A DNA stretch of 64,000 nucleotides from an uncultured virus (IMG/VR IMGVR_UViG_3300024301_001491) (taxonomy: Duplodnaviria > Heunggongvirae > Uroviricota > Caudoviricetes), in IMG/VR virus record IMGVR_UViG_3300024301_001491; one strand, given 5' to 3'. The translations under genes were made by a program, and so were the position numbers. The notes under the pieces are model-generated. The model saw only the letters and a program-made list of their open reading frames with translations. It had not been told where the DNA came from and searched no databases. Below, piece by piece: positions 45,477 through 55,411 of this stretch. Position 1 is the stretch's first letter; every line of letters begins with the position of its first letter.

Positions 45477-45857
45477 TTATCTACCGCCAGTAGAATACTT
45501 GTTGACTATAGCCTTTAGCTGTTCGTCAGTCAATATATTTATAACATCTAAAGCTTTAGCCTCTGAATAATTATACTCTTTCATAATAAGTTTAATCGTA
45601 TCCGGAGTCTTGTCTTTCTTAGCCCATTTAGAGAATCGTTTACGTTTAGGAATGGCGGCAAGAAAGAAGTCATACTGCCATTCGACCGGAATATCCCTGT
45701 TGACATTCATCTCATTTGCATACAAGATGGTATCTGGGAAATAACTCATTCCACGGTTAACCATGAAAGCTGAGTAGTCTTTCTTGTTCTGAGGATCCTT
45801 GTCAATCAGATTGACTTTGGTATCATTAATACTATTAAGAAAATCAAACGGTGTCAT
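45477..45857 (-). CDS. gp62: Clamp loader small subunit (gp62)
   Basis: Y..FMVNR.MSYF.D...ANEMN, KRFSKW. Confidence 0.9.
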   Translation of the reverse strand: MTPFDFLNSINDTKVNLIDKDPQNKKDYSAFMVNRGMSYFPDTILYANEMNVNRDIPVEWQYDFFLAAIPKRKRFSKWAKKDKTPDTIKLIMKEYNYSEAKALDVINILTDEQLKAIVNKYSTGGR

Positions 45858-46191
45858 AGTTAGATCTCTTTAACATAATATCAATACTTTCCGGATCTGC
45901 AATAAACTTTGTGTCTTTAAAACGCTCTGTCAAATTAATGAGTAACTGATCTGGATCACTGTTATGCGCAAGATACATTCCATCTTCGCCATATGCAAAC
46001 ATAATATCGTCATGAAGTTCGATACGCATTCGCATATAACCTTCAGGAACTTGGTCTGCCACTTCATTTTCGTCTTCAGCATCCTCCAAATTAGATTCGA
46101 TAATTTGGAGGATACGTGCACGTTCATAACGCATGCCGATAAAGAATGCAACAAAAATACAGATTATAGTTAACAGTATTAAGTCAGTCAT
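45844..46191 (-). CDS. Hypothetical membrane-anchored protein
   Basis: N-terminal TM helix; inserted between gp44 and gp62. Confidence 0.65.
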   Translation of the reverse strand: MTDLILLTIICIFVAFFIGMRYERARILQIIESNLEDAEDENEVADQVPEGYMRMRIELHDDIMFAYGEDGMYLAHNSDPDQLLINLTERFKDTKFIADPESIDIMLKRSNYDTV

Positions 46192-47126
46192 TTAAATTTC
46201 ACCTGAGCCATAATTTCAGTTAGTGCTGCCATATTGTTGATTTCCTGATCAGCAACAAAAGCTGCTTTATACTGGTAATCAGCAAGGATCAAAACCAATT
46301 GAGGAATTGAAGAAGGCTCAACTGAATTTTTTGCACTGTCATAGAGTGTACGGAATAACTCTGTTGAATCAGTATCACTGTTCTTGCCAATCCACTTACG
46401 AACCTCGGTAAAGTTCTTATCGGACAGGTTTTTGAACAGTTCTTTGTATGACTCTTCACCCAAGTTTACTAAGATGCCTGAATCAATTTTACCGGAAACA
46501 GAATATCGTTGCAACTCATTTAAGATGCGACGATAATCTGGAAAGTATTTTGTGATTACTTCAGCAACAACTTTGCCATCTGATTCGACCTTCTCGGTTG
46601 AGAGGATGTCGACAACTCGACGGTAAAAACCTGCTGCGATCTTGGCCTTATCTTTGTTCTCGATTTTAAAATCGATTACAGCACAACGAGAGTGAAGTGG
46701 TTCAATGATTCGTGCCTTGAAGTTACATGTAAGAATGAAACGACAATTGTTACTAAACTCCTCGATAAAACCACGCAATGCAGGTTGAGTGGAGTTAGGA
46801 TTCAAATAATCAGCCTCATCGAGGATAACTACTTTCTTGGCATTAGTTAGCGATACTGACGATGCAAATGACTTGATCTTGTTTCGAAGAACATCGATAC
46901 CTGATTCTTCTGAACCGTTGATGAATAGATACTCTGCACCAACCTCATTGCACAGTGCTTTAGCAACCGTGGTTTTACCAGTACCAGCAGTACCGGAAAA
47001 CAAAAAGTTAGGAAGTTCACCAGAATTGATGAACTCCTTAAATGTCTTTTTCAATGATTCGGGCAGAATACACTCATCAATTTTCTGTGGACGGTACTTC
47101 TCGACCCATAAATACTGCTCACTCAT
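46188..47126 (-). CDS. gp44: Clamp loader large subunit (gp44)
   Basis: WVEKYRP, GTAGTGKT, DEAD, SRC. Confidence 0.96.
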   Translation of the reverse strand: MSEQYLWVEKYRPQKIDECILPESLKKTFKEFINSGELPNFLFSGTAGTGKTTVAKALCNEVGAEYLFINGSEESGIDVLRNKIKSFASSVSLTNAKKVVILDEADYLNPNSTQPALRGFIEEFSNNCRFILTCNFKARIIEPLHSRCAVIDFKIENKDKAKIAAGFYRRVVDILSTEKVESDGKVVAEVITKYFPDYRRILNELQRYSVSGKIDSGILVNLGEESYKELFKNLSDKNFTEVRKWIGKNSDTDSTELFRTLYDSAKNSVEPSSIPQLVLILADYQYKAAFVADQEINNMAALTEIMAQVKFK

Positions 47127-47162
47127 ATTAAACTCCATAACAAAAATATATTATACAATAAA

Positions 47163-47822
47163 TTAGAATTTACTGTCGGCTTCAATAGCAACAAAATATG
47201 TGAGATCAATATCTTTATTAGTGAACTTGGAAATCTTCTTAGAAGAAACCTCAACGGTGTAATTTCCTGTTAGCATTTTAAGGTTCTCTACTTTCAAGTT
47301 TGCGGTAAACTCTTTATCAGTAGAACCGATTGTAACTTCATAAGCATTAGATGTATCATTCTTCTTATCGCTAACTTGAACTTTCAACTCACCATCTTCA
47401 CCCTTGATTGCAACATCACTAGCTTTAAGTACTGATGCAGTACGAAGAATCATTGCAATCTGTTCTTGCGAAAGATCGAATGAAACATCGGCCTCTGGAA
47501 ACTTGATTTGAGCTGGAGCAGAACGCACAACGCCTTCACCTGCCGCAAAGTATTTAATCTTTGACGTGCCACCGTCACTAATGGTTACATACTTGTCTTT
47601 AAAATCAAGATGTGTATCATCAAACAAACTAATAACGCCCAAGAATTCATTGACATCATAGATGCCAAAGTCTTGTGGGAATGTTTCGGTAATACTACCA
47701 TTAGCCATGACGTTTTTTGCTTCTGAGATAGTAGAAAGCTTATTGCCTTCTTTCAGCATCAATGATCCGTTGATAGAAGCAAAGTTTTTGATTAGTGTTA
47801 GTGTGTCTTTACTTAATTTCAT
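47163..47822 (-). CDS. gp45: Sliding clamp (gp45)
   Basis: MKLSKDTL..IKNFASIN, FGIYDVNEFL, YFVAIEADS. Confidence 0.94.
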   Translation of the reverse strand: MKLSKDTLTLIKNFASINGSLMLKEGNKLSTISEAKNVMANGSITETFPQDFGIYDVNEFLGVISLFDDTHLDFKDKYVTISDGGTSKIKYFAAGEGVVRSAPAQIKFPEADVSFDLSQEQIAMILRTASVLKASDVAIKGEDGELKVQVSDKKNDTSNAYEVTIGSTDKEFTANLKVENLKMLTGNYTVEVSSKKISKFTNKDIDLTYFVAIEADSKF

Positions 47823-47824
47823 AA

Positions 47825-48154
47825 TTAATCCTTTTTAGAATATTTGACGTCATGCTCGTATAGGAAAGCTAAACAACATGCGGCATGCGCCAAGTGATGG
47901 ATACCAGATTCAGGATCAGTGGTTTCACCCATCTTCCACGCCCACACGTGTCGTTCGAATGCTGCAAAATAACGATCTAGTGCTTCATCTACATGTTGCC
48001 AATTGTTTGGTTTATATTTTGCTGCTCCAAATGTGAGCACTTTCACCATTTCAGCTTGAGCAAGAGGAGGAATCAGATCGTAACGAAGTTTATCGTTATC
48101 GAACTTCATACCTGTTGGAACATCATTGCTCTTCGTCAAAATTCTTTTTTTCAT
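47825..48154 (-). CDS. dATP/dGTP diphosphohydrolase-like protein (DUF5664)
   Basis: G.KFDNDK.RYDLIP, GAAKY..NNW, DPESG.HHLAHA. Confidence 0.8.
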   Translation of the reverse strand: MKKRILTKSNDVPTGMKFDNDKLRYDLIPPLAQAEMVKVLTFGAAKYKPNNWQHVDEALDRYFAAFERHVWAWKMGETTDPESGIHHLAHAACCLAFLYEHDVKYSKKD

Positions 48155-48228
48155 TATATAACTTCTCCAAACTAATATAGGCTGACATATGATATTATAC
48201 ATCAGCCTATATTTAAAATACACTAAGC

Positions 48229-48474
48229 TTAGTTGAATGCGCCAACTGAGTGTGCAGCTTGGATCATTTTCTTGCTTGGAGCACCAACACGGTATTTTGT
48301 GGAGGGAGTACCATCATGTAGTGTAACTTTGTTGCCATAAACACAAACACCTTGACTGCGCAAGGCATGAACTGCGGCAGTAGGATTTGCGATACCGAAC
48401 ATGCTACCAATCTGTTTAGCAGTAACAGTGGCACCGGTTGACAAGTAAGCATTCAAGCGTTCAATTTTAGTCAT
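48229..48474 (-). CDS. Small winged-HTH-like protein
   Basis: T.KQI...FGIANP.A.V..LR.QG...Y..G pattern. Confidence 0.65.
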   Translation of the reverse strand: MTKIERLNAYLSTGATVTAKQIGSMFGIANPTAAVHALRSQGVCVYGNKVTLHDGTPSTKYRVGAPSKKMIQAAHSVGAFN

Positions 48475-48554
48475 AAAAACTCCATTTTAAAATACCATCT
48501 AATAAAAAAAGCTGAGTGGCCGATGGTCAAAACCACCCAGCAAGAAATCCATGT

Positions 48555-48902
48555 TTAAATTATACCACAATCTGCCATTTCTTTGGCAAACGTTTCTTCA
48601 AATTCAGTCTGTTCTACCGTCTTAGCAACCTCAGGAGATTTAATCGCAGAAAGATTCACAACTGCACCTGGACTCGGCCATTGATAGACTCCGCGGGCGA
48701 CTCGTTCACATCGGGTCACGAATGCAGGATAACCAAGCTTAGGATCAGTTTTACGAGCTTGTAGAAACAATTCCTCCAAACGTTGGCGCGAAATACTATT
48801 AGCAGTTGCTAAAGAAGGATCTAGGGCAATAAATGCATCTACAGCTTTACGTTGGATACGTGTCAGTGTAGAGTAGGTGAATGTCATGTCTTTATATTTC
48901 AT
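48555..48902 (-). CDS. Hypothetical protein
   Basis: 115 aa; P.FV....RV.RGVY resembles the N-terminus of the adjacent AAA protein. Confidence 0.65.
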   Translation of the reverse strand: MKYKDMTFTYSTLTRIQRKAVDAFIALDPSLATANSISRQRLEELFLQARKTDPKLGYPAFVTRCERVARGVYQWPSPGAVVNLSAIKSPEVAKTVEQTEFEETFAKEMADCGII

Positions 48903-50068
48903 AGTGTATCTCCATCATCAATTCCATCATTAATAATAACAGTTGCGCTTTCATTAGAAGCAAGTAGATCAGAATCCGGATCAGTACTCACCTTTTCAAA
49001 GAGGTTAATGAAAGCCTGTCGTGTTACTTCATCAAATCGATTGGTACACAACTCAATTGCCTTAGTCTTGTTTTTAAAGATACTAAAGGCGCGTACAATG
49101 TGAATCAGTCGGCGAGTTGTAACACTTTCATCGATACCTCCATCATTGAAGGTTCGACGGATTGCATCAGCCCATTTTACAAGGGATGTTGCAAAGTCTT
49201 CATCGTAACAGTCATATTGACCCATGATATTTTCTACGATTTTCCGTTCAACACCAGTTGAAGGATAATCTTGAGTTAGAGTAATCGCAAAGCGTTCCAA
49301 GAAAGCTTCGTTGAGAATGTTTGTACCGATATAACGGCCATCATCTGAACCTTTGCCTTTGGTATTACCAGTAGCAAAGACGTTGAAACCTTCTGCAGGA
49401 ATAATCAATTCATTCTTCAACTTGAAAAAGTACGGTTTACCTTCAAGGATTGGCTGCAAACACAGCAAAGTATTTGCAGAACCCGCATCAAGTTCATCGA
49501 GCAATAGCGGAATACCTGCGCGCATCGCAATCAATACTGGACCTTCGACAATTTCGATGTTACCATCTACAAGAGTCTTAGTGCCGATCAATTGATCTTC
49601 GTCTGTCATCATGTTTAAGTTAACACGAATCATCGGAGTCTTGAGCTTTGCGCAAGCCTGTTCTACTGCAGTAGACTTACCGTTACCAGTAGGTCCATAG
49701 ATATACACAGGATAAAACTGTCGAGACTTGACGATAGTTTCAACATCTTTGTAAATACCGAAAGGTACGAATGCTGGATCCTTTACAGGAACTAGCGGCT
49801 TAGTGTCAGTAGATTGCACTACTGCCACGGGTTTTGGAACATTCATAGGCACAACATTTGATTTCTTTTGCGCAGTAATAAAATACACGCCACGACTTGC
49901 GCGAGCGTCGGGACGAGTGAGCCACGTCGGCCACTTTTTATCTTTAGTCTTTTTCATATACTCAGTAATCTGAGCGTTAGATACGAGCCCTGATGTAACC
50001 ACGTCAGGGAACATTGCATTTAGGCCCGAAATGAATTCTTGCTTGAATTCGTCAGTCACACGTTTCAT
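48899..50068 (-). CDS. MoxR/CobS-like AAA+ ATPase
   Basis: GPTGNGKS, LLLDELD, ATGNTKG.G, NEAFLERF, TRRL. Confidence 0.9.
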   Translation of the reverse strand: MKRVTDEFKQEFISGLNAMFPDVVTSGLVSNAQITEYMKKTKDKKWPTWLTRPDARASRGVYFITAQKKSNVVPMNVPKPVAVVQSTDTKPLVPVKDPAFVPFGIYKDVETIVKSRQFYPVYIYGPTGNGKSTAVEQACAKLKTPMIRVNLNMMTDEDQLIGTKTLVDGNIEIVEGPVLIAMRAGIPLLLDELDAGSANTLLCLQPILEGKPYFFKLKNELIIPAEGFNVFATGNTKGKGSDDGRYIGTNILNEAFLERFAITLTQDYPSTGVERKIVENIMGQYDCYDEDFATSLVKWADAIRRTFNDGGIDESVTTRRLIHIVRAFSIFKNKTKAIELCTNRFDEVTRQAFINLFEKVSTDPDSDLLASNESATVIINDGIDDGDTL

Positions 50069-50083
50069 AATATAATCCTCAGT

Positions 50084-50179
50084 TTAAGGTTGCATCATAA
50101 AGGCAAAATAGAAGGCAAATGGAGCACCGATCAAGATGGCAACCAAAGTAGCTTGTGTAAGATCAGTCATAAATTTCAT
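50084..50179 (-). CDS. 31-aa membrane peptide
   Basis: MKFMTDLTQATLVAILIGAPFAFYFAFMMQP after a GGAG RBS and early-type promoter. Confidence 0.55.
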   Translation of the reverse strand: MKFMTDLTQATLVAILIGAPFAFYFAFMMQP

Positions 50180-50207
50180 AATATTCTCCGTTGTCTGTCT
50201 ATGGTTT

Positions 50208-50283
50208 ATTATACCAAATCTTCTATTTTTTGTACATAGTAGTACACCAAAAAAGTATACTATTTTATAATACTTAGGTACTA
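50208..50283 (-). promoter_or_regulatory. Early-type promoter, near-duplicate of 6669-6745
   Basis: TGTACA-17-TATAAT plus a shared upstream block of about 50 nt. Confidence 0.75.
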
Positions 50284-50438
50284 CTTTCAATTGCTGTATA
50301 AACCATGTCCCGGGCAACGGAGATATGCATCCCCAAGTCTACCAGTTCCTGTACAACCTCGTCTGAGTCTACCTCGCCAGAAGCAATTGCTTCTACGGCA
50401 TTTTCCAGGTATTCCATGAAGGCTTCTTTTAGTTTCAT
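50274..50438 (-). CDS. 54-aa acidic early protein
   Basis: Manual translation MKLKEAFMEYLENAVEAIASGEVDSDEVV...; GGAG RBS, own promoter at 50467-50495. Confidence 0.6.
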   Translation of the reverse strand: MKLKEAFMEYLENAVEAIASGEVDSDEVVQELVDLGMHISVARDMVYTAIESST

Positions 50439-50515
50439 AACGTTCTCCGTTGTTCGTCTATGGTTTATTATACCAAAACATCCAATTATTGAACATATGT
50501 CAAAAGTATTACTTT

Positions 50516-52567
50516 TTATGCTACTTCTGAGACAAACTGATTGAGCACCACTCGAGATGTTTTATTGGTTCCAATTGCCTTTGCAAATACCCTAGAAGCT
50601 TTTGCTGCCGACATATCACTATTAACTGCAGACAGATCTATATTATTTTCTACACGCAATCCTTTAATATCAATTACATAATAATGATCATATGCACCGT
50701 TTGAAACTTCGACAAATCTATTTGCTCGCAAATCTAATTGCATTTTATGTAAATCAATATCCTTATTTAAAATATAGTATGACAAACGAAATAATTCGTG
50801 ACGACGATTAGAGACTAAATTAAATCCGATATTTGAAACATTATATCGATCTTTAATAATTGTTAATAATACGCGAGTTTGTGTATTACTATCATCAGTA
50901 ATAGTATATTGTTTTCCTGTAATAGGATCTTTTATAAAATTACGCACATTAATATGCTTATTAGATTCAACATTATATTGACGCACATCTAATCTGCGTT
51001 CTCCAACAATTCTGCCACCTTCTCCATCTGTTAATGTAATTAATACCATTTTTTCTACAGATCGTTGTTGGATAAATTTTCCAATATAATCAGTCAAATA
51101 CAACAATGCTTCATTTAAAGGAGTGCCACCTAAACCATAATTACGTGAGTAATAATAGGGGCGTGAAATTAAAAATGTGACCATTTTATTAAATTCTGAT
51201 TCGTTCATACGATCACTAAACAATTCTAATAATGACACATTATAAGCATTGCCTAAGCCTTTAATATTTTTGGATTCGTCATATTCAGGCTTATCGAGGT
51301 GCGAATAAGTACTCCGATATGCAGAAGTAAATGCAAATACTTGAAATGGAATATTAATTCGGCGAGCAAACATTGCAAGATTAATTAGCTGGCCAATAGT
51401 TTCGTTCATATAGTCGCCCATTGAACCAGACCAATCCAGCAAGAAAAGCATTCCGTGTTTTTTGCCATCTTTAATTACAGTTAATTGCTTAAACAATTCG
51501 TCTTTAATTTGATAACCATAAAGCTTCTTTGTATCAATTTGACCTGTTTTTGCTGTGCGAGCACGCTTCCAATTAGAAGCTGACTTACGCATTTCAAATT
51601 CTTTTACCATATTATTAATGATAGAAGCATTATCACGACGCAATTGAGATGCTTTATTGGAATAAAATTGAAATGAATCTTCGCTTATTGAATCTGTTAA
51701 TTCACGTAATACGGTTTTATATTCAACAATAAGCTCATCATCTAAATCGTTTTGATGAAATGCAGGTTCATAATAATTGAATTCTGTATCAACATCTGCA
51801 CTATCTTGCAATTTAGAATCTAATGATTGCATCGTTTCAGATTGCAATTTCTTTTCGATATCATTTTCGCCAGAGTTAATATCTGATTCAGATTCCTCTT
51901 CTTCGCCTTCTTCATCTGAATAGTCGTAATTGCCTTCTAATTGATCATCTAAATCGTCTTCATCTGAATCATCTTCATCATCCAGATTCTGTGTAATTTT
52001 AGACGTTTCAATTTCTTCCTCTGCATTTTGCTTGCAGAATGCATAAAGGCGTTCAGTTAATTCAATTGCATCTTTAATACTATCCGTTTTCTCAATATCA
52101 TATATGAAATTAATTTCAGATTTTGAAAATTTAACGCCACATTTTGCGCCAAGTTTAAAATACAGATTAATTCGATCAATAAAATTATATGCAGTTAAAT
52201 CGCGGCCGGCAATTTCAAAGAAGTCGCGTGCTGCCAAGTCCGCATAACCACCAATAAAGGTTTTGCGGGCACCGGGATACCGGTCTTTCATTTTACGCTC
52301 AATTCGTGCGTCTTCTACAACGTTCAAATAGTGGCCAAATGAACGAGGGTGGTCTTTTTGAGATTCTGCATACTCGTCGGTAGTGAATAGAGCATGACCG
52401 ACTTCATGCAAGATTAGCATCTCTTCAGTCACTGCCTCCAGGTTTTTCCATTGCGGAAGAACTAGAGTGCGTGTGCCAATGTTAAAACTTGCCGTGGTTA
52501 CCTGTCCACGTACAACATTGATGTTCTCGTTGGCTAGTAGTTTAGCCAGGATGTCATTTGATTCCAT
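50516..52567 (-). CDS. Zinc-peptidase plus vWA domain protein (partner of the MoxR ATPase)
   Basis: HEVGH, NVVEDARIE, acidic linker, LLDWSGSM (MIDAS), GGTPL, TDGE. Confidence 0.85.
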   Translation of the reverse strand: MESNDILAKLLANENINVVRGQVTTASFNIGTRTLVLPQWKNLEAVTEEMLILHEVGHALFTTDEYAESQKDHPRSFGHYLNVVEDARIERKMKDRYPGARKTFIGGYADLAARDFFEIAGRDLTAYNFIDRINLYFKLGAKCGVKFSKSEINFIYDIEKTDSIKDAIELTERLYAFCKQNAEEEIETSKITQNLDDEDDSDEDDLDDQLEGNYDYSDEEGEEEESESDINSGENDIEKKLQSETMQSLDSKLQDSADVDTEFNYYEPAFHQNDLDDELIVEYKTVLRELTDSISEDSFQFYSNKASQLRRDNASIINNMVKEFEMRKSASNWKRARTAKTGQIDTKKLYGYQIKDELFKQLTVIKDGKKHGMLFLLDWSGSMGDYMNETIGQLINLAMFARRINIPFQVFAFTSAYRSTYSHLDKPEYDESKNIKGLGNAYNVSLLELFSDRMNESEFNKMVTFLISRPYYYSRNYGLGGTPLNEALLYLTDYIGKFIQQRSVEKMVLITLTDGEGGRIVGERRLDVRQYNVESNKHINVRNFIKDPITGKQYTITDDSNTQTRVLLTIIKDRYNVSNIGFNLVSNRRHELFRLSYYILNKDIDLHKMQLDLRANRFVEVSNGAYDHYYVIDIKGLRVENNIDLSAVNSDMSAAKASRVFAKAIGTNKTSRVVLNQFVSEVA

Positions 52568-52656
52568 AATAATCTCCGGTATAGGTGTATTGTACAATAA
52601 AATACCAATTATTGTACATATAGAACCAGAGTATTACTTTTGGCCAGAAATTAGTA

Positions 52657-54369
52657 CTAAAGTATTACAGAAAAGTCGTTTTTCTTCTCTACACGTATTA
52701 CACTATGAAACTTATCGAACAGTTGATCTCCCTTGTGACTAATGACGAACACGTTGGTTTTGTCCTGTAGAGCGTTCATGATAGTGAGGAAGTAGTCGGT
52801 ACCTGCAACATCGAGTGATGAATCAAAGATTTCATCCAGGAGTAACAGGTTGGTATTGACAGAATTTTTCATCTTTGCGATCTGACGCCATGTGAACAAG
52901 ATGGCAAGATCGATACGCATCTTTTCACCCTCCGAGAATGAAGCATAGGTAAACTCATCACGATACCTAGACTTGATAACCTCATTGAATGATTCGTCCA
53001 GTTCAAAGTGAACATAGAAGTCCATTGCACTCAGGTAACCGTTAATCAACTTGTTCATGACTGGCAGATATTCACGTATGATTGCAGTCTTTACGCCAGT
53101 GTCTTTGAGCAAAAGGGTTGCAACATCTTGTATCTGTTTAGCGTCAAGTAGTTCGTTCTTACGATTTACTAGGGTCATTGCTTCCTCGGCAATCTCCCTG
53201 AGCTTTGCTTTCTCAACATCAATATTCACAGTATCATCTTGGGTGTCTTGGATATCTTTCTTAAGCTTCTCGTTCTGCTTTACAAGATTACTAATAGACA
53301 TAGTCAAAGCATGAGCTTGTGAATTTAATACTGTGATTTCTTTATTAAGCTTGTTAGTTTTCTTCTGTCGTTCGATCAACTTAGAATGTGCATCTTCGAT
53401 AGTTGCAATTTGAGCTTCAAGCTCTTCCTGATCGGTCGATAAAGTAGAGACGATGGATTCCTTGTGGGTATGAGGAATTCCTTGAGAACATGATGGGCAT
53501 GTTTCATTTTTTGCAAAGAATTTTAAAGTTTTCTCATTGCGTTCCATTGTAGAAGAGAACGATGATTTTGCACGAATCGCGGCAGCAATCCAAGTATCTA
53601 GATCATCGTTATCTTCAATATCGACGGAAATGGCTTTAATTTTCTTATCGATATCTTTAAACTGTGTTTCAGCCTTTGCAATATCGGCAATGTTATCAGA
53701 GATTTGTTTTTCGATCTGAGATACTTGATCTTTCTTAGAAGAGACTAAGGTATCGATCATGCGTTTTTGAACATTGACTGCGTTCTTAGAAATAGTAATA
53801 CGATTATCCACTGCTTGGATTTCGTCTTTAGTATTCGCAATCTTTTCTTTAAGAATGGTGTTCATGGTGGAGAACACACTGATGTCCAAAATATCTTCAA
53901 TTACACTACGTCGTTGTGCCGCAGGCAATTGCATGAATGGGACAAACGATGCAGAACCTAAGATAACAACTTGGGTGAATGTTTTGTAACTAAGCTTTAG
54001 AATCTGTCGCTCTAATACATCTTGATAGTCTTTTGCAGCGGCATCCTGATTCATCAATTGGCCGTTACAATAAACCTCGAAGATACCAGGCTTAATACCA
54101 CGAATAACCTTGTACGAAACACTTCCAATATCGAACTCTACCTCTACCAGACAATTCTTTCCATTGATAGAGTTGACTAGTTGAGGTTTGTTAATATTAC
54201 GGAAAGGCTTGCCGAATAATGCAAAGGTGATTGCATCCAATACAGTAGACTTACCTTCACCGTTCTTACCTACAATGAGTGTAGATGCAGAACGGTTTAA
54301 TTGGATTGTATTTGCAGAATTTCCTGTTGATAGAAAATTCTTCCAAGATATTTGCTTAAAGTTAATCAT
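52657..54369 (-). CDS. gp46: Recombination endonuclease ATPase subunit (gp46, Rad50-like)
   Basis: GKNGEGKS, CPSC hook, FSEGEK, LDEIFD. Confidence 0.96.
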   Translation of the reverse strand: MINFKQISWKNFLSTGNSANTIQLNRSASTLIVGKNGEGKSTVLDAITFALFGKPFRNINKPQLVNSINGKNCLVEVEFDIGSVSYKVIRGIKPGIFEVYCNGQLMNQDAAAKDYQDVLERQILKLSYKTFTQVVILGSASFVPFMQLPAAQRRSVIEDILDISVFSTMNTILKEKIANTKDEIQAVDNRITISKNAVNVQKRMIDTLVSSKKDQVSQIEKQISDNIADIAKAETQFKDIDKKIKAISVDIEDNDDLDTWIAAAIRAKSSFSSTMERNEKTLKFFAKNETCPSCSQGIPHTHKESIVSTLSTDQEELEAQIATIEDAHSKLIERQKKTNKLNKEITVLNSQAHALTMSISNLVKQNEKLKKDIQDTQDDTVNIDVEKAKLREIAEEAMTLVNRKNELLDAKQIQDVATLLLKDTGVKTAIIREYLPVMNKLINGYLSAMDFYVHFELDESFNEVIKSRYRDEFTYASFSEGEKMRIDLAILFTWRQIAKMKNSVNTNLLLLDEIFDSSLDVAGTDYFLTIMNALQDKTNVFVISHKGDQLFDKFHSVIRVEKKNDFSVIL

Positions 54370-55411
54370 GTTCTGTTGTATTCAATGCTTCCATATACAA
54401 AGACTTCATAAATTTCTTAATCTTTTCTTTGTCGCTATCAGTCTCAAGTGATTCAATATAATCCATCAATACAGATGATGTATCTTCTAAATTGATATTT
54501 TCATCGACTTCTCCATCGGTAAACTCTGAGAAGTCCTCTACAATTTTAACATCTTGAGGATTACTTTGATACAGTCCATTGATGAAAAGATCGAATTTAT
54601 ATAGATCAGTCTTGTTTACAACAATGATTTTAACATACTTGTCAGTGAATCGTGAAAAATCATTAATGACTTCTTGTGTATCATCGTACTCGTAACGCTC
54701 AAACATGGTGTAAGGATTTTGAATGAATTCTAACTCACGAGTCTGCAAATCAAAAATATGAAACCCACGTGGATCATTGTAGTCTTGCCATGTTAGCTCA
54801 TACGGGTTGCCCAAATAGTGGATATTGCCTTTAGAAGATTTGTGATGGTAGTGGCCTGAAAATACTGTATCAAACTTGTTGAAGATTGAAGTATCTAGTC
54901 CATCCTGAGACTCATGTCCACGGTACATCGTAAAGCCTGCGATTTCAAGGTGGCCCATACAGATTTCTGCTTTGGTATTCTTGATTTCCTCTAAGCTTGC
55001 TTGATAGTTATCAGCGCAGATCCATGGAAGCATACACACATATACGCCATCAATAATCGTGGTAGGACTATCAATAATCGTGATATTTGAATATTCAACC
55101 AAAAGAAGATCTGGTGAATTGACCTCATTGGTGTTTTTAAAGTATGTGTCATGATTACCTGCAATCATCACTACAGGCATATCCATTTCTTGAAGCTTGT
55201 CAAAAAACATTTTCTTCGCGCGAGCAAGAGTATTGAAGTTGACATACTTGCGACGATCGAATGTATCACCTAGGATGTATACAGATGATACACCCTTCTC
55301 CACTATGGAAGGGAAGAAAACATTATCATAGAATTTCTGATAGTAATCTAGACACTGTCCACTATCACCACGCGCACCAAAGTGTTGATCAGTTATTACT
55401 GCTATCGTCAT
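54362..55411 (-). CDS. gp47: Recombination endonuclease nuclease subunit (gp47, Mre11-like)
   Basis: DQHFG, GDTFD, GNHD, SGHYH. Confidence 0.96.
   Translation of the reverse strand: MTIAVITDQHFGARGDSGQCLDYYQKFYDNVFFPSIVEKGVSSVYILGDTFDRRKYVNFNTLARAKKMFFDKLQEMDMPVVMIAGNHDTYFKNTNEVNSPDLLLVEYSNITIIDSPTTIIDGVYVCMLPWICADNYQASLEEIKNTKAEICMGHLEIAGFTMYRGHESQDGLDTSIFNKFDTVFSGHYHHKSSKGNIHYLGNPYELTWQDYNDPRGFHIFDLQTRELEFIQNPYTMFERYEYDDTQEVINDFSRFTDKYVKIIVVNKTDLYKFDLFINGLYQSNPQDVKIVEDFSEFTDGEVDENINLEDTSSVLMDYIESLETDSDKEKIKKFMKSLYMEALNTTEHD

Noticed and set aside
47825..48154. Z-genome or 7-deazaguanine system suggested by DUF5664
   Set aside because: No PurZ, DpdA, FolE or Que genes in the window.
48899..50068. 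Cobalamin biosynthesis (cobS/cobT) as auxiliary metabolism
   Set aside because: It is a generic MoxR AAA with a vWA-peptidase partner; there is no cobN or other cobalamin gene.
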